Below, in pieces: positions 52,986 through 64,000 of a DNA stretch of 64,000 nt; position 1 is the stretch's first letter, and every line of letters starts with the position of its first letter. Both the position numbers and the translations under genes were made by a program. The DNA lies in the NCBI RefSeq assembly GCF_964213995.1, contig NW_027590162.1, positions 1-64,000 of the forward strand, written 5' to 3'. The notes beneath the pieces were generated by a model. It did not search any database. It was not told the origin of the DNA and saw nothing but the letters and a program-made list of their open reading frames with translations. The DNA comes from Mustelus asterias (taxonomy: Eukaryota).

Positions 52986-54649
52986 GACATTTGCTCCATT
53001 CGCTCTCTCTCTCTCAAGCCTGGGAAAGGGGCCGAATATCAACGCGTCTGAGATCTAAACCCAGAGGGTCAGGAACCAGTTAATTAATTTTAAACATTAA
53101 TAAGACCCAATGATCCACCGGGCGATTGACTTACATTACTCCGTGTCTATCATTGATAACCTGAAAAACAACAATTATCATTGTTCCAGACGCTGCGTCG
53201 TAAAATATTAATTGAAACTAAATGGATGAGACAGCCTCTCCCGCACCAGCGCATTCTCTCTGCTGCTAATCCCACATCACTCTATCAGACTGCTGATACT
53301 GTTCATACATTTCCCCTTCCTCACCAGCACCAACTGCTCTGGTTTACTTCCGCCCATCACCGGGAGCTGGCAGTGCAGAATATCTGGGCTCAGACAGGGG
53401 ATAATGCGAGCTCTGCTGTGCGTGTTAAAGGGGAATATGTTTGATAAGCAGCAGCCACAAATTGTGCAAATGGTATGCAATTTATAGCTCTGTGAATGGT
53501 AACATTTGGATACATAACCTGGTAATTAATTACTGCAGTTTGTAGGAACAGATTTGTCATTGCATCTTTCAGTTTGACTCATTGAGATTTTTGGATTGGT
53601 TTACAAAATGTGTCAATGCCTATATTCTGAGGTAATTGATTGCAATTTTTTTCAGAACAAAGAACAATACAGCACAGGAACAGGCCCTTCGGCCCTCCAA
53701 GCCTGCGCCGCTCCCTGGTCCAAACTAGACCATTCTTTTGCATCCCTCCATTACCACTCCGTTCATGTGGCTATCTAGATAAGTCTTAAACGTTCCCACT
53801 GTGTCCGCCTCCACCACCTTGCCCGGCAGCACATTCCAGGCCCCCACCACCCTCTGTGTAAAATACGTCCTTCTGATATCCATGTTAAAACTACCCCCCC
53901 TCACCTTGAACCTATGACCCCTCGTGAACGTCACCACTGACCTGGGAAAAAGCTTCCCACCGTTCACCCTATCTTTGCCTTTCATAATTTTATACGCCTC
54001 TATTAGGTCACCCCTCATCTTCCGTCTTTCCAGTGAGAACAACCCCAGTTTACCCAATCTCTCCTCATAACTAAGCCCTTCCATACCAGGCAACATCCTG
54101 GTAAACCTCCACTGCACTCTCTCTAAAGCCTCCACGTCCTTCTGGTAATGTGGCGACCAGAACTGGGTGCAGTATTCCAAATGTGGCCGAACCAACGTTC
54201 TATACAACTGCAACATCAGACCCCAACTTTTATACTCTATGCCCCGTCCTATAAAGGCAAGCATGCCATATGCCTTATTCACTACCTTCTCCACCTGTGC
54301 CATCACCTTCAAGGATCTGTGGACTTGCACACCCAGGTCCCTCTGCGTATCTACACCCTTTATGGTTCTGCCATTTATCGTATAGCTCCCCCCTACGTTA
54401 GTTCTACCAAAATGCATCACTTCGCATTTATCTGGATTGAACTCCATCTGCCATTTCTTTGCCCAAATTTCCAGCCTATCTATATTCTTCTGTAGCCTCT
54501 GACAATGTTCCTCACTATCTGCAAGTCCAACCATTTTCGTGTCGTCCGCAAACTTACTGATCACCCCAGTTACACCTTCTTCCAGATCATTTATATAAAT
54601 CACGAACAGCAGAGGTCCCAACACAGAGCCCTGCGGAACACCACTAGTC

Positions 54650-55953
54650 ATGATGTGGAGATGCCGGCGTTGGACTGGGGTAAGCACAGTAAGAAGTCTC
54701 ACAACACCAGGTTAAAGTCCAACAGGTTTATTTGGTGGCAAATACCATAAGCTTTCGGAGCAGAGCTCCTTCGTCAGATGGAGTGGATATCTGTTCTCAA
54801 ACAGGGCACAGACACAGAAATCAAATTACAGAATACTGATTAGAATGCAAATCTCTACAGCCAGCCAGGTCTTAAATGTACAGACAATGTGGGTGGACAG
54901 AACAGAACAACATAAGAACAGGATATGGTGCTCGACTCATCGATCAACAGTTCCGACGCGCCACAGTGAAAAACCGCACCGACCTCCTCAGAAGACGGGA
55001 CACGGTGGACAGAGTACCCTTCGTCGTCCAGTACTTCCCCGGAGCGGAGAAGCTACGGCATCTACTCCAGAGCCTTCAACATGTCATTGATGAAGACGAA
55101 CATCTCACCAAGGCCATCCCCACACCCCCACTTCTTGCCTTCAAACAACCACGCAACCTCAAACAGACCATTGTCCGCAGCAAACTACCCAGCCTTCAGG
55201 AGAACAGTGACCACGACACCACACAACCCTGCCACAGCAACCTCTGCAAGACGTGCCGGATCATCGACACGGATGCCATCATCTCACATGAGAACACCAT
55301 CTACCAGGTACACGGTACCTACTCTTGCAACTCGGCCAACGTTGTCTACCTGATACGCTGCAAGAAAGGATGTCCCGAGGCATGGTACATTGGGGAAACC
55401 ATGCAGACGCTACGACAACGGATGGATGAACACCGCTCGACAATCACCAGGCGAGACTGTTCTCTTCCTGTGGGGGAGCACTTCAGCAGTCACGGGCATT
55501 CAGCTTTGGATCTTCAGGTAAGCGTTCTCCAAGGCGGCCGTTACGACACACGACAGCGCAGAGTTGCTGAGCAGAAACTGATAGCCAAGTTCCGCACACA
55601 TGAGGACGGCCTAAACCGGGATGTTGGATTTATGTCACATTATCAGTAACCCCCACAGCTTGCCTCCTGGACTTGCAGAATTCCACAAGCTGTTCTGTCT
55701 GGAGACAATACACATCTCTTTAACCTGTGTTGAATGCTCCCTCCACCCACATTGTCTGTACACTTAAGACCTGGCTGGCTGTAGAGATTTGCATTCTAAT
55801 CAGTATTCTGTAATTTGATTTCTGTGTCTGTGCCCTGTTTGAGAACAGATATCCACTCCATCTGACGAAGGAGTTCTGCTCCGAAAGCTTATGGTATTTG
55901 CTACCAAATAAACCTGTTGGACTTTAACCTGGTGTTGTGAGACTTCTTACTGT
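54650..55953 (+). mobile_element. Penelope-like retroelement (Neptune-like), 5'-truncated, inverted pLTRs
   Basis: ORF 54876..55649 with Cys-rich linker (CHSNLCKTC) and GIY-YIG nuclease (VVY...YIGET...RMDEH); about 210-bp inverted repeats; 13-bp TSD GAACACCACTAGT at 54636-54648 and 55954-55966. Confidence 0.92.
55858..55894 (+). ncRNA. Minimal hammerhead ribozyme motif (second copy on - strand at 54745-54781)
   Basis: CCAT-CTGACGA-A-GGAGT TCT GCTCC-GAA-AGCT-T-ATGG. Confidence 0.68.
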
Positions 55954-56279
55954 GAACACCACTAGTTACAGGCATCCAGCCGGAAAAAGACCCTTCCACT
56001 TCCCCCCTCTGTCTTCTGTGACCAAGCCAGTTCTTCACCCATCTAGCCACCTCCCCCTTTATCCCATGAGATCCAACCTTTTGCACAAACCTACCATGAG
56101 GGACTTTGTCAAACGCTTTACGAAAGTCCATATAGACTGTTTTAGTCTCACAACATCATTTTTTTGTCTATTCTGGCTATGAATTCTTATTCAATTTGTG
56201 ACCAACATGACACAATGTTTTATATCTGTGAGTGGGTGTGTTTTGTTAAAATCCTGTGATTGATGTATCTACCTGTCAG

Positions 56280-57180
56280 CCAAATGTAATATTGAGAAGT
56301 TTGCATTTGACACAAAGCTCAACACAAATGTGTGTTGGGAGAAAGATACAAAGTAGCTTCAGGAGGATTTGGGCAGAAGTAATGAGATGTTCCGAACATT
56401 GCAGATGGAATATCATGTGGAATGTGTGAGATTTTCCATTTTCGCAGAAGGAACAGATGTTCAGAGTATTTCTTCAATGCTAAGAGATTAGAAAGTGCCG
56501 ATGTACAAACGGACATGTGTATCCTCATTAATAAGTCACTGCAGGCAAACAAGGAAATGAAGCAGATAATTTGGAAGGTTAATGGTGCGTTGGTCTTTAT
56601 TGCAAGAGGATCTGAGTACAGGAGTAGTGAAGCCTTGGTTTAGTTGTATAGCAGTGTTATTAGATTGCATCTGGAATACTGTGTGCAGTTTCGGTCCCCT
56701 CACCTTACGAAGAATATTATTGCCTCAGAGGGAGTGCAATGACCGTTCAGCAGATTTGTTCCAGGAATGGTGGGACTGTCTTATGAAGAAATCCTGGGGA
56801 AACAGGGCCTGTAGTTCACTGAAAACAACAAAGTATTTAAAAGGGTATACATGGTAGATGCAGGCGAGATGTTTCCCCTGGTTGGGAGTCTAGACACAAT
56901 TTTAAAATAAGGGCAAATCCTCTTTGAACCGAGATCTGCATTTTTCTTTACTCAGCGTTGTGAACCTTTGGAATTCTGTAGCTCAGAGGGCTGTGGAAGT
57001 TCACACACAGAGTAAACATTCATGTAGACATTGACAGATTTCTAAATCTCAATGTCAAAAAGGGAAATTGGGGATAGAGAGTGGGAAGGGCTTTCATGCG
57101 GATGGTCAGCCATAATCAGATTGAATTGTGGTGCAGGCTCAATGGGCTGAATGGTCAACTCCTGATCCTATGTCCTACAT
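56280..57180 (+). mobile_element. Old degraded CR1 3' fragment
   Basis: FIARGSEYRS, HLEYCVQF remnants and 3'UTR. Confidence 0.65.
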
Positions 57181-57954
57181 TGGTGGGGAAGGAAATAAAT
57201 AAAAGCCTCTTTTCCTGTTCAACTCTTGGATTGAAAAGTTGTCTCTTACCTTGCAAACAGTGTGGGGCTGAATACTTCTCTTTGTGACAGTGAACCCAAT
57301 GAGTTGGCAGTATCTCTGTGCTATGTGAATGATACTGAAACTGCTTTGTGCTGGAACTGGCTTGATGAAATTGTGCTTGTGCCGAGGAATCATCTGAGAC
57401 CTTCAAATATCTGCCTGTAAAAAGAAAAATAACTAACTGAACTGAGGAACAGATGAAATAAAAGGTACAAAAGTTGTCGATATAACTTCACAAATAACAA
57501 TTATTTAGGAACCTGGGTAAAAGGAAAACCATCAGCACAAACAATATTTGAGAGCACTTCAGTAATACACCAAACTGCTTTTGCTCACTGGGTGTTTGGG
57601 GCGAGTTTAAAACAATTTTGTGACATTCAGAAACAGCCCAATCCATGCACTGCTGATTGAGTTGAGCTGTGCGAAGCAGCAGTAGCTTTTGCACGGGTCA
57701 GATATCTATTTCCTGCTCCCACTTGAAACAAATATTGAAAAATAAACAAGTAGCCACTTTTTAAACCCTCTCCTTCCCACTCCAAACCTGCTGCCTACAG
57801 TAGATCTTGTTTGTACAGTTACTGTATTGTGCAGTTACATTTCCGCTGTTCATTGTACAATAATAATAACAAACATTGGGAGATGGGAACTAAATGAGGC
57901 ACCTTCTCGGCGGTTTGGGAGTGAAAACAGCAACGATGTTGAATAATGAGTTCG

Positions 57955-60900
57955 TGCCATTGTGTTCCCCGGCCTTGTGGTGGCGGCTCCTGGGGCTCAG
58001 GCGTGCTGCGTACGGGAGTTGGGGGTGTGGGGTTGTGGGTCGCCGTGGTCCCAGGGGCACCTGTGGGTGCCAGGTCTCGAATAGAGACAGTGTCCTCTCG
58101 CCCGTCGGGGTACACCACATAGGCGTATTGGGGGTTGGCGTGGAGGAGCCGGACCTTTCGACCAGGGGGTCCGACTTATGGGTCCTCACGTGCTTCAGGA
58201 GCAGGAGAGGGCCTGGGGACATCAGCCACGATGGTAGTGAGGTCCCCAAGGAGGACTTCCTGTGGAAAACAAACATTCTTTCGTGAGGGCTAGCATTGGT
58301 AGCTGTGCAAAGGAGTGATCTAATCGAGTGTAGTGCATCAGGGAGGACCTCTTGCCAGCGGTTGACTGGAAGACCTTTAGACCTCAGAGCTAGTAAAACG
58401 GGCTTCCAGACTGTCGCGTTCTCCCTCTCTGGGGTTGTAGCTGGTGGTCCTACTCGAGGCTATGCCTTTGGAGAGCAGGTCCTGTCGCAGCTCATCACTC
58501 ATAAAGGAAGATCCCCGGTCGCTATGGATATAGCTAGGGAAACTGAACAGGGTGGAGAGGCTGTGCAGGGCCCTGACGACCGTGGTCGAGGTCATATCCG
58601 GGCAGGGAATAGCGAACGGGAAACGTGAATATTCGTCAATGACGTTGAGGAAGTATATGTTGCGGTCAGAAGAGGGGAGGGGGCCTTTGAAGTCAACACT
58701 TACTTCCCCGGGACAGGGCATCTGGGGGTTCATTGAGCTTCCCGGGCCGGTATAAGATGTCATAATTGTAGGTGGAAAGCTCGATTCTCCACCTCAATAT
58801 TTTATCATTTTTGATCTTGCCCCACTGCGTGTTGTTAAACATGAATGCAACTGACCGTTGGTCCATGAGTAGGGTGAATCGTTTACCAGCTAAGTAGTGG
58901 CGCCAGTGCCGTACAGCTTCCACTATGGCTTGGGCCTCCTCCACGACAGAGGAGTGTCAAATTTCAGGGCCTTCGAGGGTTCGTGAGAAGAAAGCCACGG
59001 TTCTGCCCGCCTGGTTAAGGTTGGCGGCTAGGGCGAAGCCAGATGCATCGCTGTCCGCCTGGAACGGGATGGATTCATCTACAGCGTGCATCGTGGCCTA
59101 CGCGATGTCTGCTTTGATGCGGTCGAAGGCCAGGCGGGCCTCTGCTGTCAGGGGCAAAGAGGTGGATTTGATGATCGGACGGGCTTTATCCGCATAATTG
59201 GGGACCCACTGGGCGTAATACGAGAAGAAGTCCAGGCATCTCCTCAGTGCTTTGAGGCTGGTGGGGAGGGGAAGTTCCAGGAGGGGATGCATGCGGTCGG
59301 GATCGGGACTGATGACCCCGTTTTCCACAACACAACCAAGGATGGCGAGGCGTCGTGTGCGGAATACGCACTTCTCCTTATTATAGGTCAGATTTAGGAG
59401 TGTGGCGGTGTGGAGGAATTTGTGGAGGTTGGCGTCGTGGTCCTACTAATCATGGCTGCAGATGGTGATGTTATCCAGGTACGGGAAGGTGCCTGCAACT
59501 CGTTCTGGTCTACCATTCGGTCCATCTCATGCTGGAAAACTGAGACCCCATTGGTGATGCAGAAGGGGACCCTAAGAAAGTGATAGAGGTGGCCATCCGC
59601 CTCGAAGGCAGTATATTGGCGGTCTTCCTGGCGGATAGGGAGCTGGTGGTATGCAGATTTTAAGTCGATGGTGGAGAACACCCGATACTGCACAATCTGA
59701 TTAAGCATGTCAGATATGCGGGGAAGAGGGTACGCATCCAGCTGCATGTAGCGGTTAGTGGTCTGACTGTAGTCAATGACCATGCAATGTTTCTCCCCAG
59801 TCTTAACAAGTACTACTTGGGCTCTCCAGGGGCTGGGACTGGCCTCGATGATCCCCTCACCTAGGAGCCGTTGTACTTTGGACCTGATAAAAGCTCTGTC
59901 TCCAGCACTGTACCATGTGGTCTTGGTGGTGATGGGCTTGCAGTCAGGGGTGAGATTTTCAAACAGTGAGGGAGGGGCGACTTTAAGTGTGGAGAGGCTG
60001 CAGGTGGTGCACGGTGGGCGATCTAAGAACTGGTGATTGCAAACAGAGAGCGGGCGAAAAGGCCCATTATACTCCATGATGACACTCTTAAGGTGGCACA
60101 GGAAATCTAGCCCCAGGAGTACGGCAGCGCAGAGTTGTGGCAGCACGAGGAGCCTGAAGTTTTTGTACACTGTGCCCCGTACAGTCAGGGACGCCACGCA
60201 GTACCCGAGGACATCCACCGAGTGGGACTTTGAAGCCATGGAAATCGTTTGCTTCACTGGCAGTACTGAAAGGGCATAGCAATTCACTGTGTTAGGGTGA
60301 ATAAAGCTCTCCGTACTCCCACAATCAAATAAACAGTTTGTAGTGCGACCGTTTACCTCGATGCCTATCATGGACCTGGTGAGTTGGTGAGGCCTGGATT
60401 GGTCCAGCGTAACCGAAGCCACCGTTGGATTTTGCGACGTGGCTGACAACCTCCAAGATGGTGGCCCGCACGACTCACACACGGCTGAAGGCATCCAAGA
60501 TGGCGGCCCGCACGGCTCACACGCGGCTACCGGCGCCCAGGTTGGCGGCCCCCACGGGTCCCACGCGGTGCTACTGGGCTTGGAGGTCGACATCACCCTG
60601 CATGCCTTCACGTAATGGCCCTTCTTTCCACACCTGGAGCAGATCGCATCCTTCGCCGGGCAGCGTTGTAGGGGGTGCTTCCCCAGGCCGCAGAAGTAGC
60701 ACTTCGGGCCTCCAGAGACTGCCACAACGGTCGGGTCATTGGTGGGACGTGGCGTGGCGTAGGCCTGCGGCCCTCCCGAGTACAGAGGTGGCGGCAACTG
60801 CGGCGTCCACGATGCGCCTTCGTGGTCGGGGGTGTAGGCCTCGAGATTACGGAAGGCCACCTCTAACGAGTCAGCAAGTGCTACAGTTTTTTGTAGATCC

Positions 60901-61629
60901 AGCCCACCCTGTTCCAGCAGTCGTTGTCGGATATAGGTTGACCTGATACCCGTGACATAGGCATCTCTGATTAAGTCCTCAGTGTTTTGGGCGGCTGTTA
61001 CGGCCTTGCAGTTGCAGGCCCTGCCAAGTGCCCGCAACGCACGCAGGAATTGGTCAGCCGATTCTCCTGGCTGTTGCCTGCGAGTAGCCAGAAGATGGCT
61101 GGCGTAGATTACATTAGTCTGTTTGTTGCACTGGCCTTTTAAAAGTTCGATCGCATCCTCGTAAATTTCAGCGTCTCTAATCATCAAGAATACTTGATCG
61201 CTTACCCGGGCGTGGAGCACGTGTAGCTTGTCGGTTTCGGTCCGGACGACGGAGGCGGAGAGGAAAGTTTTCAAACATCGCAGCCAGTGATCGAAGCTGT
61301 TAGAGGCTCCTACGGCTTGAGGATCCAATTCTAATCTATCGGGTTTTAGTATCTGCTCCATCCCAAAACTTTTTGTGAATAAAATTGATGCACTATCAAT
61401 CAAGCAAAGACTAGTTTGTATGCAAGAACAAATAGGCTTTTATCAAAAGACTTGGAGCACACCTATGCTGATGAACTGGTCCAGAGACTGAGGCAGGGGG
61501 TTGGGAGCAGTCACCTTTATACCTGGACCAGGGGGGGGGGGGGGGGGAGTCTCAGGCAGGGCCGGCAGGGGCATGCCCAAGCATGTCACACACACACACA
61601 GGCAATAAGCTTAACAGTGGTTTACCACA
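57955..61629 (-). mobile_element. Gypsy LTR retrotransposon, degraded, 3' LTR missing
   Basis: ORF 59394..61403: gag with two CCHC knuckles, protease LFDCGS, RT (LPRI, IDLKSAYHQL; YLDN after frameshift); RNase H and integrase core (VDFKGP, DEYSRF, SDRG) downstream; order PR-RT-RH-IN. Confidence 0.92.
61386..61629 (-). repeat. 5' LTR of the Gypsy element (about 244 bp)
   Basis: Begins TGTGG, ends GCATCA; TATAAA and GATAAAA motifs inside. Confidence 0.7.
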
Positions 61630-62177
61630 GGTACCAAAGACTGACAGAAACAGAATGAATTCCACACACCCATTCAGCACCAGAGACTGACGGATACAGA
61701 TTGAGATCCGTGCACCCTTACAGTAGCAGATGTTAACAGGTACACAGTTAAACTCACATTCCCACACAGTACCAGGCACTGACAGTGGATGAGAAGTTCA
61801 CACTCAGACAAAGAAGCCCAGACTTAAAGAAACCACACAATCAATTTCACACTGACATACAGTGTTGGAGAATGACAGTGACAGGGTGAATCTCTTTTAC
61901 ATACAGTTCCAGAAAGTGACAAGTACAGAATAAGTCCAGCATGGTGTATGTGACACATGCACAGTTAATTCAGCACTGCCTTATATTCCCAGGGAGAGAA
62001 TCAATACACTCACTCACACGCCTCTCTATCGAACAGATATACAATGAATCCCCAGAAACAGAATGAGTCCAGTATTCAAATATAGAATGAGTCCAACACT
62101 CAAATATGGTCACAGCAAGTCAGATACATGATTTCCAAACTCACATAATGTACTCCATACTGACAAACAGTGAATTA

Positions 62178-62590
62178 ATCCCACACAGACACACACTGTA
62201 TTAGAGAGTGAGTAAATCCCACACTCACACACTGTGTCAGAGAGTGAGTAAATCCCACACTCACACACTGTATCAGAGAGTGAGTAAATCCCACACTCAC
62301 ACTGTATCAGAGAGTGAGTGAATCCCACACTCACACACTGTGTCAGAGAGTGAGTAAATCCCACACTCACACACTGTATCAGAGGGTGAATAAATCCCAC
62401 ACTCACCCACTGTATCAGAGAGTGAGTAAATCTCACACTCACACACTGTATCAGAGAGTGAGTAAATCCCACACTCACACACTGTATCAGAGAGAGTGAG
62501 TAAATCCCACACTCACACACTGTATCAGAGAGTGAGTAAATCCCACACTCACACTGTATCAGAGAGTGAGTAAATCCCACACTCACACAC
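62178..62590. repeat. Minisatellite (same unit as 26993-28584, inverted), about 12 copies
   Basis: CTGTATCAGAGAGTGAGTAAATCCCACACTCACACA repeats. Confidence 0.95.
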
Positions 62591-62966
62591 ATTACCAGAG
62601 ATTCACAGTTCCGGAAGGAATCCCACACTCCCGCACTGTCCCTCTGTGGAGAAGGGTCCCTCACACCGACAGCCAGGCGACATTTCCGGGTGGATCATTA
62701 CACACTGAGAAACTGGGGCTGGAGATTCTTTGTAAAATGTATTTCCTGATTGTGGTAAGGAGGCTTGTGATTGGCGGAAACCCCTCAATCTGATTGGTCT
62801 GTTTTCATATCCACTCAAATGAATCCCTGATAAGTGACTGTAATAACTTTCAAAATGTCCAATCACAATCATTGCTTTCCCAATTCCTCATTAGCATAGT
62901 TCTGTGGGACTGTCTATTTAATCAGCGCTCGGAAGGGGTTTGCTTTATTTCTGTGTGAATTTGAAG

Positions 62967-63353
62967 ATGGTTGATGAGAAGAAACCAACGTCGAAACCAG
63001 CTCCCAAGAAGGGAGCGAAGAAAGTGATTAAGAAACCGGGAACAAAGGGCGGCAAGAAGAGGCGAAAGTCGAGGAAGGAGAGTTACTCCATTTACATCTA
63101 CAAAGTGATGAAGCAGGTTCACCCCGACACCGGCATCTCCTCCAAGGCTATGAGCATCATGAACTCGTTCGTGAACGATATTTTCGAGCGCATCGCGGGT
63201 GAGGCTTCCCGCCTGGCCCATTACAACAAGCGCAGGACCATCAGCTCCCGGGAGATCCAGACCGCCGTGCGCCTGCTGCTGCCCGGGGAACTGGCCAATC
63301 ACGCCGTGTCGGAAGGGACAAAGGCGGTGACCAAGTACACCAACTCCAAGTAA
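62967..63353 (+). CDS. H2B: Histone H2B copy 2 (S87R, K108N, S123N in human numbering)
   Basis: 128 aa MVDEKKP...YTNSK; promoter ATTAGCAT 62890-62897 and TATTTAA 62915-62921. Confidence 0.93.
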   Translation: MVDEKKPTSKPAPKKGAKKVIKKPGTKGGKKRRKSRKESYSIYIYKVMKQVHPDTGISSKAMSIMNSFVNDIFERIAGEASRLAHYNKRRTISSREIQTAVRLLLPGELANHAVSEGTKAVTKYTNSK

Positions 63354-63389
63354 AACTCCCCATGGACTGAAAAACACTCCAAACACAAC

Positions 63390-63430
63390 GGCTCTTTTAA
63401 GAGTCACCCACAATCTCTGTGAAAAAGCTG
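63390..63430 (+). promoter_or_regulatory. Histone 3' stem-loop (variant) and HDE (H2B copy 2)
   Basis: GGCTCTTTTAAGAGTC (G2-U pair) ACCCA; GAAAAAGCTG 63421-63430. Confidence 0.85.
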
Positions 63431-64000
63431 CGCCATCTTTTCCCTTATTGAGTGAATGAGAAATGTCTTTCTGGAGGATAGAGATTTGTCCCGGTGCTGA
63501 ATGCTGTGAATGGGACTTCATACCCGCCCCTTACACACACTTTCACATTGAAGGGACAATCAAACTGAACTGAGAGCGGATGTTAAATTCTAGTCTGGGA
63601 TTTATGATGGACAATGAGGAGAAACACCACAGCGGAAGGTAGTTCTTTAGATTTAATGATAACTATATTCACAGTTTCGCAGCAGCAGAATTAAATTCAT
63701 AATACGATTATTTATTCGTTATTTCGGGTCATCTGGGAGCCGCTCCCGCAACAGAGTAAAGACGGAAATGAAGAGGTTATTTTCGGGCTGATCTGTTTAT
63801 TCCGCAGTTTTCCCAGAGGACGGAATCAGCCAGATCTGTGCACACACAGGACCCGAGTCCATTGCAGCGCTTTAAGATCTGCCTCCCCCCGGCGCTCCCT
63901 ATTCTCCGGACACAAACCTGCCTGTTCCACCGGCGGGATCGGGCCGGGGATTCTCTCCGCACTTCCCATTGTAACATTCCCGGCCGCTTTCAGGGGAGAG

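Larger units (their letters stand above)
53653..56136 (-). mobile_element. CR1 LINE RT-3' end interrupted by a Penelope-like element
   Basis: ORF 53725..54702 (from TSGVPQG) and 55901..56131 ([11 protein letters not shown]) are contiguous across the insertion. Confidence 0.9.

Noticed and set aside
53725-54702. 325-aa ORF as a novel fusion protein
   Set aside because: First about 17 codons are PLE terminal repeat read in frame with the interrupted CR1 RT

Overview
Eukaryotic vertebrate DNA; the repeat families and histone H1/H2B tails point to a cartilaginous fish (inference). The window is a repeat-dense, replication-dependent histone gene cluster (H1, H4, H3, 2x H2A, 2x H2B, each with a 3' stem-loop) interspersed with tRNA genes (Arg-TCT with intron, Ser-TGA, Gly-TCC, Leu-CAG, iMet-CAT, Leu-TAA, plus a Pro fragment). 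These sit among CR1, Rex1/Babar and Tx1 LINE fragments, V-SINEs, Penelope-like elements (PLEs), a Gypsy LTR element, a solo LTR and minisatellites. Only H4 is a canonical core histone; H3, both H2A and both H2B copies carry lesions or unusual substitutions, and there are orphan histone 3' ends and promoters. Two signals stand out. (1) Several tRNA sequences are fused, through their oligo-T 3' trailers, directly to the 5' end of a same-strand retroelement; two of them were inserted as single units into recognisable target sequences, so they look like pre-tRNA/LINE chimeric retrocopies with SINE-like architecture. (2) The PLE terminal repeats contain minimal hammerhead ribozyme motifs showing covariation between subfamilies. 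Repeat boundaries are by-eye estimates.
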